Source of the DNA: Candidatus Geocrenenecus huangii
GTDB taxonomy: Archaea; Thermoproteota; Nitrososphaeria_A; Caldarchaeales; Wolframiiraptoraceae
Assembly: GCA_023254095.1 (NCBI GenBank)
Contig: JALNLM010000011.1
Location: forward strand, 1 to 48,298
DNA: 48,298 nt
Reading direction: 5' to 3'
A program made the position numbers and the translations under genes. Shown here one piece after another: positions 48,275 to 48,298 of this stretch (its first letter is position 1; every line of letters starts with the position of its first letter). The notes beneath the pieces were generated by a model. It was not told the origin of the DNA. It saw only the letters and a program-made list of their open reading frames with translations, and searched no databases.

Positions 48275-48298
48275 GAATCTCATAAAGAGAATTGAAAG
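48275..48298 (+). CRISPR. First repeat of a CRISPR array cut by the window end
   Basis: GAATCTCATAAAGAGAATTGAAAG: 24 nt, ATTGAAAG 3' handle, internal TCTC/GAGA palindrome; resembles Thermoproteales-type repeats; only one copy visible. Confidence 0.7.

Noticed and set aside
1-48298. tRNA/rRNA genes, transposases, integrases, cas genes
   Set aside because: No GC-rich cloverleaf with a T-loop motif was seen in the gaps and no ORF shows such motifs; a tRNAscan-SE run would be needed to be certain

Overview
Archaeal chromosomal window of about 40% GC by eye. The gene content (eukaryote-like E1 next to a small RING protein, an orphan Vps4/CdvC, G1P dehydrogenase, split MetE) suggests a thermophilic TACK archaeon such as Aigarchaeota/Caldarchaeales; this is inference. 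From left to right it holds: A/V-type ATPase B and A, with a 488-aa intein in A whose LAGLIDADG motifs are degenerate; a divergently split 12-gene complex-I-like group 4 [NiFe]-hydrogenase with intact Ni ligands and three antiporter subunits; Vps4/CdvC; hypD; a ubiquitin-system neighbourhood (E1 with a C-terminal ubiquitin fold, a soluble C4HC3 RING, two coiled-coil genes enclosed by a 17-bp inverted repeat, and a 4-TM membrane-anchored C4HC3 RING); glyS; DUF47; tRNA-splicing endonuclease; speE/speD; egsA; pstSCAB-phoU with an AbrB-PhoU regulator; a coiled-coil protein; the HMG-CoA synthase/thiolase/DUF35 cluster, whose thiolase lacks its catalytic residues; Lrp; an Mrp-type ATPase, hypA and hypF; a second AbrB-PhoU regulator; DUF2096-hdrCBA; and split MetE. 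The window ends with an AT-rich leader and one 24-bp CRISPR-type repeat. The best candidate for an undescribed system is the membrane RING + E1 + soluble RING + coiled-coil + Vps4 neighbourhood (14823-21488), which may be an archaeal membrane-protein ubiquitination/extraction module. All assignments come from reading motifs by eye; no searches were run.
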